DNA from: a virus
Taxonomy: Duplodnaviria; Heunggongvirae; Uroviricota; Caudoviricetes
Length of the DNA stretch: 4,748 nucleotides
Direction: 5' to 3' (one strand)
Virus record (IMG/VR): IMGVR_UViG_2582580933_000017
Coordinates: 1-4,748 of that record
This document shows, piece by piece, positions 1-4,617 of this stretch (the stretch's first letter is position 1; every line of letters begins with the position of its first letter). A model generated the notes under the pieces. That model was not told the origin of the DNA. It did not search any database and saw only the letters and a program-made list of their open reading frames with translations. The position numbers and the translations under genes are program-made.

Positions 1-99
1 TTCCGCTTCTTCTGCTGGCAGTACAACGTTGCTACCAGGTCCGTATGTTTCGCGCCACTGCTTGATTGTCAGTAGTCGCTCTTTGGTAATAGTGATCAT
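1..99 (-). CDS. hypothetical protein, N-terminal fragment (gene continues beyond the left edge)
   Basis: Minus-strand ATG at 99..97 overlaps the TGA stop (98..96) of the upstream gene (ATGA). A purine-rich AAGGAA lies about 8 nt upstream. The frame stays open for 33 codons to position 1 (MITITKERLLTIKQWRETYGPGSNVVLPAEEAE...). No family recognised. Confidence 0.45.
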   Translation of the reverse strand, partial: MITITKERLLTIKQWRETYGPGSNVVLPAEEAE

Positions 100-611
100 G
101 CCGCGTTTCCTTCTTTCTTATTAACAATTACACCGTCATATATTTCATTAAGGTGCCCTCTCAACTCCATGCGCCTTAATGCAGATAACATGTAATCGCA
201 TTCAACCTGCTTATTTCCAGTAAATGGCTTATCGTCAGGATTACCCCAACAGCAATTACCCTTGGGCCACCCATGTACTTTCCGTACTCTTCCGTTAACA
301 ACGTGAAGTAATCCCCAGCCAGGTGGTAAATCCTCAACTGAAATAATTCCCGGCTCACTAATAAAGAATCGCCAGTCGCCCATTCCAAGAGATGGATTTT
401 TACGAAAACGCTTTTTTCTATCTGCCAACAAGTCAGCACGAGAACACTTCGCCTCTATCAGGCATGATGCTGAATTTCTGAATCCCATAGCATCTGGCTG
501 TTCTCCGGTACTGGTTACAGCTATAAAGCGGTCATGAAAACAAACCTTGAACCCGTTGCGCTTAAGGAACTTATACGCAATCTGACAGAGTTCGCGGTGT
601 GTTAACGCCAT
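96..611 (-). CDS. PD-(D/E)xK nuclease-fold protein (restriction-endonuclease-like), 171 aa
   Basis: ORF-track frame 96..683, trimmed to the ATG at 611..609, which has an AAGGAGAG Shine-Dalgarno 4 nt upstream and sits 1 nt after the upstream stop (TGATATG). The protein (MALTHRELCQIAYKFLKRNGFKVCFHDRFIAVTSTGEQPDAMGFRNSASCLIEAKCS...) has a helix-then-strands N-terminus and a PD...(E)xK signature (QPD followed 12 residues later by EAK). Fold call is by motif only. Confidence 0.7.
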   Translation of the reverse strand: MALTHRELCQIAYKFLKRNGFKVCFHDRFIAVTSTGEQPDAMGFRNSASCLIEAKCSRADLLADRKKRFRKNPSLGMGDWRFFISEPGIISVEDLPPGWGLLHVVNGRVRKVHGWPKGNCCWGNPDDKPFTGNKQVECDYMLSALRRMELRGHLNEIYDGVIVNKKEGNAA

Positions 612-612
612 A

Positions 613-801
613 TCACTCTCCTTTAGTGCGCAAGTGGTTTTTCCAGCGGTTTTGCGCCGCGCTGGGCTTTTTGCAAAAACCACAATCCATCATCCCGTAA
701 TATTTCATCAACCCCATCCGTCGGTTGCTGAGTCTCACCCACTGCCAGACGCCAGGAGCGTTTCTACGAACTAACAGAATCTTTGCTTTACGGTTTTTCA
801 T
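613..801 (-). CDS. small basic hypothetical protein, 62 aa (MKNRKAK family, copy 1)
   Basis: ORF-track ORF. Its ATG (801..799) overlaps the stop of the upstream paralogue (ATGA). Its C-terminus ...RTKGE is encoded by AAAGGAGAG, which doubles as the Shine-Dalgarno for the next gene. Lys/Arg-rich. Paralogous to 798..974. Confidence 0.55.
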   Translation of the reverse strand: MKNRKAKILLVRRNAPGVWQWVRLSNRRMGLMKYYGMMDCGFCKKPSAAQNRWKNHLRTKGE

Positions 802-802
802 C
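782..802. repeat. 21-bp near-exact direct repeat (copy 1) at the start of the MKNRKAK paralogues; second copy at 955..975
   Basis: TTACGGTTTTTCATC is identical at 788..802 and 961..975, extended by TTTGC(T/C) upstream (1 mismatch in 21). It corresponds to the ATGAAAAACCGTAA (MKNRK) starts of the two tandem paralogues on the minus strand. Confidence 0.75.
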
Positions 803-974
803 TTACAGCGTACCCTTTCTTCCGCCTGTTCTGTGACGCAGTAGGCTTACGCTTTGCGGCAAAAGCCACCTGACCAAATGGATGGAGTACCGCTATCTTA
901 TGGTTGCTAATAACCAGCTCCACCACACGCACAGGTCGCTGTAAAAAAAGTCGTTTTGCCTTACGGTTTTTCAT
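798..974 (-). CDS. small basic hypothetical protein, 58 aa (MKNRKAK family, copy 2)
   Basis: Not in the ORF track (below cutoff); found by manual translation: MKNRKAKRLFLQRPVRVVELVISNHKIAVLHPFGQVAFAAKRKPTASQNRRKKGYAVR. ATG at 974..972 with AGGAGA 8 nt upstream; stop TGA at 800..798. Shares the N-terminal MKNRKAK and the C-terminal KP(T/S)A(S/A)QNR(R/W)K motif with the 613..801 product. The DNA has a matching 15-bp exact repeat at both start sites. Confidence 0.5.
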   Translation of the reverse strand: MKNRKAKRLFLQRPVRVVELVISNHKIAVLHPFGQVAFAAKRKPTASQNRRKKGYAVR

Positions 975-1147
975 CGCTTTGCTCTCCTGCGTCTCTTTGC
1001 TGCTCGTCGTGCCGCTGCAATACCGGTATGGCGGCGCTTTGGTGCTGGGGTGATGTTGTCAGCCATCAGGACCTGTGGCTTTGCAATTAGCGCAGAAGCC
1101 CAAAAACGAGTCGGGTACGGTAACAAGCCGATACATGCCACACGCAT
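971..1147 (-). CDS. small hypothetical protein, 58 aa, with a poly-Arg/Lys C-terminal tail
   Basis: Not in the ORF track; found by manual translation: MRVACIGLLPYPTRFWASALIAKPQVLMADNITPAPKRRHTGIAAARRAAKRRRRAKR. ATG at 1147..1145 with a canonical AAGGAGG Shine-Dalgarno 6 nt upstream, overlapping the upstream TAA (TAATG). Stop TGA at 973..971 overlaps the next ATG (ATGA). It fills what would otherwise look like a 170-bp intergenic gap. An internal in-frame ATG at 1066 is an alternative start. Confidence 0.45.
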   Translation of the reverse strand: MRVACIGLLPYPTRFWASALIAKPQVLMADNITPAPKRRHTGIAAARRAAKRRRRAKR

Positions 1148-1635
1148 TACTCACCTCCTTTGATGCGAATGCCTGTTGCAATGCTGTTTATGATGCTGTC
1201 AGTGCATGGGGTAGAAAGCTGGGCATCTCCAGCAATTTTCATGACATCAACATCTGCATATCGAATACCGAGGTGTATCAGACCGGCTATACCTGACTTA
1301 AGCCGAGCATTTTCCATAAACAGATCCTTTGCCCGCTGTTTTTCTGCCTCAAGCTCAACGCGCAACTTCCCTACCGTTAGCGCAATATCCTCGTTCTCCT
1401 GATCGCGGGATTTGATGTATTGCTGGTTTCTTTCCCGTTCATCCAGTAGTGCCAGCACGGTTTCTGGTCCGGCCAGAAATTTGAAGGCGTTGAGCGCATC
1501 AATATCCACACCGTAATCTTTAAGTTCCTGTTCACTTAACAAATCATCATCAGCTGGCAACATTAACAGGCGTTCCATTGCTGGAATTGCACGTTCCGCC
1601 GCCTCACGCAGTGCCTGATAGTCAATCTTGCTCAC
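1147..1635 (-). CDS. coiled-coil phage protein, resembles the Ead/Ea22-like family (from memory, unverified)
   Basis: ORF-track ORF of 162 aa. GTG start at 1635..1633 preceded by AAGGAGGCAACCA, overlapping the upstream stop (GTGA). N-terminus SKIDYQALREAAERA and a charged coiled-coil-like middle (ERERNQQYIKSRDQENEDIALTVGKLRVELEAEKQRAKDL). C-terminus ...IKGGE is encoded by AAAGGAGGTGAG, which gives the Shine-Dalgarno for the next gene. Confidence 0.65.
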   Translation of the reverse strand: MSKIDYQALREAAERAIPAMERLLMLPADDDLLSEQELKDYGVDIDALNAFKFLAGPETVLALLDERERNQQYIKSRDQENEDIALTVGKLRVELEAEKQRAKDLFMENARLKSGIAGLIHLGIRYADVDVMKIAGDAQLSTPCTDSIINSIATGIRIKGGE

Positions 1636-1648
1636 TGGTTGCCTCCTT
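1631..1648. repeat. 18-bp exact direct repeat (copy 1) at a gene junction; second copy at 1951..1968
   Basis: CTCACTGGTTGCCTCCTT occurs at 1631..1648 and 1951..1968, with imperfect similarity for about 19 more bp (13 of 19 match). On the minus strand each copy encodes the end of one gene (GGNQ stop), an AAGGAGG Shine-Dalgarno and the GTG start of the next. Confidence 0.8.
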
Positions 1649-1955
1649 TTCGAAGCTGGGCGGCGATATCTTCGAGAACGCCATCAGAGAATGAGCGGTC
1701 AAAATCGCCTTCCGGCGCATTAGCCATAAACTCAGTAGAGGTAAGAATCATCCGGGCAATATCCGCGGCGTTCTTCGCGGTATCATCAATAAAACCAGCT
1801 TCCCAGGCAGCCAGCATTCTGTTCGCCACAAAATAAGCGCCTTCCTTGCGTGCTTCAGTCTTCACTTCAGCTAGAAAAGCATCGGTATGGCAATGGAATG
1901 AGGCGTTATTACCCACAATTTCACGCAAGCACATCATGTAAAAACGGTTACTCAC
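1632..1955 (-). CDS. hypothetical protein, 107 aa
   Basis: ORF-track frame 1632..1991, trimmed to the GTG at 1955..1953, which has the same AAGGAGGCAACCAGTGAG context as the next gene and overlaps the upstream stop (GTGA). The ATG at 1991 has only a poorly spaced GGGAG and would overlap the upstream gene by about 40 nt. C-terminus ...IAAQLRKGGNQ is shared with the 1952..2191 product. Confidence 0.6.
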   Translation of the reverse strand: MSNRFYMMCLREIVGNNASFHCHTDAFLAEVKTEARKEGAYFVANRMLAAWEAGFIDDTAKNAADIARMILTSTEFMANAPEGDFDRSFSDGVLEDIAAQLRKGGNQ

Positions 1956-1968
1956 TGGTTGCCTCCTT
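1951..1968. repeat. 18-bp exact direct repeat (copy 2) at a gene junction
   Basis: Same sequence as 1631..1648; see that entry. Confidence 0.8.
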
Positions 1969-2191
1969 GGCGGAGTTGCGCTGCGATGCATGAAAAAAAA
2001 GACTCCCGAGTGTGACAGTTAAGAGCTGGTGCGAACGCCGCGTTAAGAACGGCGGCATCACAGCCGTCATCAATATAGAGCGCAATTTTTTTCTCCAGGC
2101 GCGCTTTGGCTTCCTGCAACTGCATACCCCGGCACGCACGCGGGATATAATCAGCAATTTGAGCGATAGCTTTTTCGTTCTGTTTAAACAT
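1952..2191 (-). CDS. hypothetical protein, 79 aa
   Basis: ORF-track ORF. ATG at 2191..2189 with GAGGTG 4 nt upstream, overlapping the end of the upstream gene by 8 nt. C-terminus ...IAAQLRQGGNQ; its last codons CAAGGAGGCAACCAGTGA carry the Shine-Dalgarno and GTG start of the next gene. Confidence 0.55.
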   Translation of the reverse strand: MFKQNEKAIAQIADYIPRACRGMQLQEAKARLEKKIALYIDDGCDAAVLNAAFAPALNCHTRESFFSCIAAQLRQGGNQ

Positions 2192-2387
2192 GCTTCACCT
2201 CGATAGGCTTGATGGTGTCTAACAGCAGTCGGCGGCGCGTATTTTCTGCAAAATGGCGGCGTCCAGTTTCTTTGTGGTAAAACTCGTTTTTGCCAACGAC
2301 CCACATCCGCTCTGTTTGGTGCAGTTTTTTTACCTTCGGGCCATCTTTGGTGATCACGGTACCGGTATGGGTTTTTACGATTGTCAT
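2184..2387 (-). CDS. hypothetical protein, 67 aa
   Basis: ORF-track ORF. ATG at 2387..2385 overlaps the TGA of the PAPS-reductase-like gene (ATGA), with GAAGAGG upstream. Basic protein (MTIVKTHTGTVITKDGPKVKKLHQTERMWVVGKNEFYHKETGRRHF...). No family recognised. Confidence 0.55.
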   Translation of the reverse strand: MTIVKTHTGTVITKDGPKVKKLHQTERMWVVGKNEFYHKETGRRHFAENTRRRLLLDTIKPIEVKHV

Positions 2388-3262
2388 TCCACTACCTCTT
2401 CGAATTTCAACTCCAATTGGTCACCCCAGATTTCACATGATTCGGAACACGAACCAGTATCAAACCGCTTGGCCAGCACCATCGCCTGATACAAATTTCT
2501 GTAGTCACTGTCGGCATACATTCTGGCAATCCCGTCAAGCGTCAGGTGGCCACGGTACATAACGTCTTTACCTGTTCTGCGATGACCATCCCTGACGTGT
2601 TTGCCTGTAACCAGTTCATTAAAAACCCGCATCAGACCTGGTTCGTCTTTACATGCAAGCCCCAGCTTTTGCGTTGACTTTTTGATGCAAAAAACACAGT
2701 TCCCGAGGTGCTCCGGGATTTGCAAATCAAAAGGTTGTTTTCGCCACCACCGGATAACATCCGACTTATCAAAATCTGACAGTTCGGCAAGATACCGGAC
2801 GCCCGGTTTCGGTTTCAGCCTACGGGGTTCGTCCGCACGAATACCCAGCCATGTGATGTAATTCCCTCGCCCAAAATGGTCATCGCAATATTTCGTGAAA
2901 GGGGTGAGTTTTAGCCTGTCAGTACAGAACGCGCCGCCGATGTATGGCGTACCGTACTTTTTAACCATGTCCATAAACGGTTTAAGCACCGGCATTCGCG
3001 TCTGAATATCCTTTGGTTCCCATTCCGTATAACCATTTGGCTGCCCAATTTCTGGATTTATATCGACCTGCAACACCGTTAGCGGTACGTTCCAGAACTT
3101 CACAACCTCACGAATAAAGCGATACGTCAGAGGATGTTCACAGCCGGTATCCATAAAAATGAAATGGACGCTAGCGCCAGCTTTTCGCTGTGCTTCCATC
3201 AGATGAACGAGATAAGCCGATGTTCGTCCACCTGAAAAGCTGACGACTTGATGCATACTCAC
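2384..3262 (-). CDS. phosphoadenosine phosphosulfate (PAPS) reductase family protein, PP-loop ATP pyrophosphatase fold (CysH/DndC-like)
   Basis: ORF-track ORF of 292 aa. N-terminal PP-loop VVSFSGGRTSAY (SGGxxS). The stretch FMDTGCEHPLTYRFIREV matches the CysH-family DTG...ETYRFI region. C-terminal cysteines (GNCVFC and GSCSESC) could bind a metal or Fe-S cluster. Start is GTG at 3262 (AGGA 7 nt upstream) or ATG at 3256; both in frame. Confidence 0.85.
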   Translation of the reverse strand: MSMHQVVSFSGGRTSAYLVHLMEAQRKAGASVHFIFMDTGCEHPLTYRFIREVVKFWNVPLTVLQVDINPEIGQPNGYTEWEPKDIQTRMPVLKPFMDMVKKYGTPYIGGAFCTDRLKLTPFTKYCDDHFGRGNYITWLGIRADEPRRLKPKPGVRYLAELSDFDKSDVIRWWRKQPFDLQIPEHLGNCVFCIKKSTQKLGLACKDEPGLMRVFNELVTGKHVRDGHRRTGKDVMYRGHLTLDGIARMYADSDYRNLYQAMVLAKRFDTGSCSESCEIWGDQLELKFEEVVE

Positions 3263-3265
3263 GGT

Positions 3266-3844
3266 TTATTCCTGAATGCGCTTAAACTCGATTACCCATA
3301 CCAACGGGTTAGATAGCCAGTTATCCTGCCCGTAAATACTGCGCCAGATATCACCAAAACCAACGCGATAAACAGCTTCAGATGGCGTAATCTTGTACGT
3401 CGCCGGAGTTGCGCCTTCTGCTTTAGCATCTGCCTCGCTCATGTCATGCAGCCGTTCCACACGCACGTCGGTAATTTCCAGAAGAATGCGCGATGCCCAG
3501 CGCGGCATGTGAATTGATGGCGTCCACTTTTCTGATACTGGTTTATTACAAACCTCGACCGGAACCCGGTGCGTTTGTTCTGTCCAGGAGTTACGCACGC
3601 TTGCGCGATAAACCAGCGTTGCGACGTCCGTCGCTTTGCCATGTACCCGGTAGGTTTCGCGAACCCAAATACGATCGCCCGGTTGACCATATGGACAATG
3701 CTTGGCAAGCAACTCTGCGGCCACTGCCCGTCCATAGAATTTTTCTTCAACAATCCTGCGAGTCTGTGTTTTATTCCCGCCAAGAATTGCCCGGACCATC
3801 TCATCGTTAAAAATCATGCCGCGCTCTTTCACTTCGCCTTTCAT
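3266..3844 (-). CDS. ASCH-domain protein (PUA-like fold), YqfB-like ends with a large internal insertion
   Basis: ORF-track ORF of 192 aa. N-terminal ILGGNKTQTRR matches the ASCH GxKxxExR-type motif (recalled E. coli YqfB: ILAGRKTITIRD). C-terminal VWVIEFKRI matches the YqfB end FYVIEFKCL. ATG at 3844 has an AAGGGGGA Shine-Dalgarno; an alternative in-frame start is the ATG at 3817 (MIFNDEM...), where the ASCH alignment begins. Confidence 0.75.
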   Translation of the reverse strand: MKGEVKERGMIFNDEMVRAILGGNKTQTRRIVEEKFYGRAVAAELLAKHCPYGQPGDRIWVRETYRVHGKATDVATLVYRASVRNSWTEQTHRVPVEVCNKPVSEKWTPSIHMPRWASRILLEITDVRVERLHDMSEADAKAEGATPATYKITPSEAVYRVGFGDIWRSIYGQDNWLSNPLVWVIEFKRIQE

Positions 3845-3853
3845 ACATCCCCC

Positions 3854-3940
3854 TTACCCATGTGCGACGATGCCGCCAAAAGTGATAGAGAACAGCCAGA
3901 AATAGATCGCGGCCATAATGATTTTGAATGCCGTGTTCAT
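3854..3940 (-). CDS. small hydrophobic (single predicted transmembrane helix) peptide, 28 aa
   Basis: Not in the ORF track; found by manual translation: MNTAFKIIMAAIYFWLFSITFGGIVAHG. ATG at 3940..3938 with AGGAG 8 nt upstream (3953..3949). Stop TAA at 3856..3854; its last codons plus GGGGGA form the Shine-Dalgarno of the ASCH gene 9 nt downstream. Confidence 0.45.
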   Translation of the reverse strand: MNTAFKIIMAAIYFWLFSITFGGIVAHG

Positions 3941-3967
3941 ATTTTCAGCTCCTGTGATTGATTGGAT

Positions 3968-3999
3968 ACATGCCGCGCCTTGCGGCATGTTTTAATTTT
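3968..3999 (+). terminator. plus-strand-oriented intrinsic-terminator-like hairpin (also a perfect palindrome that could be an operator)
   Basis: Perfect 9-bp inverted repeat ACATGCCGC (3968..3976) / GCGGCATGT (3982..3990) with loop GCCTT, followed on the plus strand by TTTAATTTTC. No T-tract follows it on the minus strand. It lies in the gap between the HAD gene stop (4039) and the small-peptide Shine-Dalgarno (3953). Confidence 0.4.
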
Positions 4000-4023
4000 C
4001 ACTTTCTCTGTTTTAAAAATCAA
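3995..4023 (-). promoter_or_regulatory. candidate sigma70-type promoter for the minus-strand genes downstream
   Basis: On the minus strand: TTGATT (4023..4018), a 17-nt AT-rich spacer, then GAAAAT (4000..3995). This would start transcription at or inside the palindrome at 3968..3990. Weak consensus match (4/6 and 4/6); not verified. Confidence 0.25.
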
Positions 4024-4038
4024 GATTTATTAGAGCAA

Positions 4039-4545
4039 TTATTGTTGATGAAGAAGTGCATTTTCATATTCCCTGACCATTAACGTAAGTACGCCGTGAC
4101 TCCTGAAAACACGCGCCACTTCAATCTTATCTTCCAGCGCGAACGCAATTTTACTTAGACCAATTTTCTTCAGGAGATCAATCTTTGCAGGGCCGTCATT
4201 TCTGTCATCGGTGGCAGGACGCATAGATAGCAAAGGCTCAGCCCCATTTGTTACGTGCTTACGCAGCCAGGCTCGTGTTTTATCCCTTGCGATCTCACAG
4301 CGCCCGGTTACAAACCAGACCGTGTAAACGTTAAATAACTGGCGCACCATATCAATAACCGGAGTGATGGGAGTATCGGTGTCACAGGCGAGATTAAACT
4401 CGTTCCAGTCCTTTGTTAATGCACCTTTACCTGGTGGCGGAAGCAAATGCAGTCTGTCTTCAGTTGCCTCTGATATTGTTCCATCAATATCGACTATGAC
4501 GATATACGGACGTTCCTGGTGTGCGTGTTTATTGAAAATACTCAA
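4039..4545 (-). CDS. HAD-superfamily phosphatase (nucleotidase or polynucleotide 3'-phosphatase-like)
   Basis: ORF-track ORF of 168 aa. HAD motif I IVIVDIDGT (DxDGT) near the N-terminus and a motif II-like VWFVTGR. Start is TTG at 4545..4543 with a GAGGAGGG Shine-Dalgarno 3-4 nt upstream; there is no in-frame ATG further upstream. Confidence 0.75.
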   Translation of the reverse strand: MSIFNKHAHQERPYIVIVDIDGTISEATEDRLHLLPPPGKGALTKDWNEFNLACDTDTPITPVIDMVRQLFNVYTVWFVTGRCEIARDKTRAWLRKHVTNGAEPLLSMRPATDDRNDGPAKIDLLKKIGLSKIAFALEDKIEVARVFRSHGVLTLMVREYENALLHQQ

Positions 4546-4563
4546 ATGCCCTCCTCATTGGAC

Positions 4564-4598
4564 GAAAAAAATGCTGGTGGGCGCACTCCACCAGCATT
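4564..4598 (-). terminator. rho-independent terminator, minus-strand orientation
   Basis: Perfect 11-bp inverted repeat AATGCTGGTGG (4570..4580) / CCACCAGCATT (4588..4598) with a 7-nt loop. On the minus strand it is followed by a run of 7 T (plus-strand A-run 4564..4570). It lies between the stop of the upstream partial gene (4618) and the HAD Shine-Dalgarno (4556..4549). Confidence 0.65.
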
Positions 4599-4617
4599 AA
4601 AAGTGACACTGTAACTA

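Noticed and set aside
176-439. Minus-strand ORF 176..439 (87 aa)
   Set aside because: Alternative frame lying entirely inside the PD-(D/E)xK gene, with no independent start signal.
612-683. Longer N-terminal extension of the nuclease-fold gene (start at 683 instead of 611)
   Set aside because: It would overlap the upstream gene by about 70 nt and has no ribosome-binding site, whereas the ATG at 611 has AAGGAGAG upstream and sits 1 nt after the upstream stop.
1064-1146. Promoter or terminator signals in the 975..1146 stretch
   Set aside because: Once the 971..1147 ORF with its strong Shine-Dalgarno is recognised there is no real gap. A TTGCAA at 1086..1081 has no matching -10, and no stable hairpin with a T-tract was found.
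1956-1991. ATG at 1991 as the start of the 1632.. gene
   Set aside because: Only a poorly spaced GGGAG upstream and a 40-nt overlap with the upstream gene. The GTG at 1955 has a perfect AAGGAGG and the same junction sequence as the next gene. Kept as a possible alternative.
1948-2304. Minus-strand ORF 1948..2304 (118 aa, Arg-rich)
   Set aside because: Alternative frame overlapping the 1952..2191 and 2184..2387 genes, which have coupled starts and Shine-Dalgarno sequences. Composition looks like an out-of-frame artefact.
3439-3804. Minus-strand ORF 3439..3804 (121 aa)
   Set aside because: Alternative frame inside the ASCH gene, whose frame carries the recognisable ASCH motifs.
3970-4101. Plus-strand 44-codon ORF starting inside the palindrome (ATG at 3970)
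   Set aside because: The start codon is buried in the hairpin stem, there is no Shine-Dalgarno, and it runs antisense into the HAD gene; judged fortuitous.
1075-4600. All plus-strand ORFs in the track (1075..1296, 1160..1402, 1639..1836, 2012..2206, 2253..2489, 2290..2562, 2601..2861, 3493..3810, 3569..3961, 4364..4600)
   Set aside because: Each lies antisense to a better-supported minus-strand gene with a motif or coupled start. None has a convincing Shine-Dalgarno or recognisable motif, and several have low-complexity composition typical of shadow frames.
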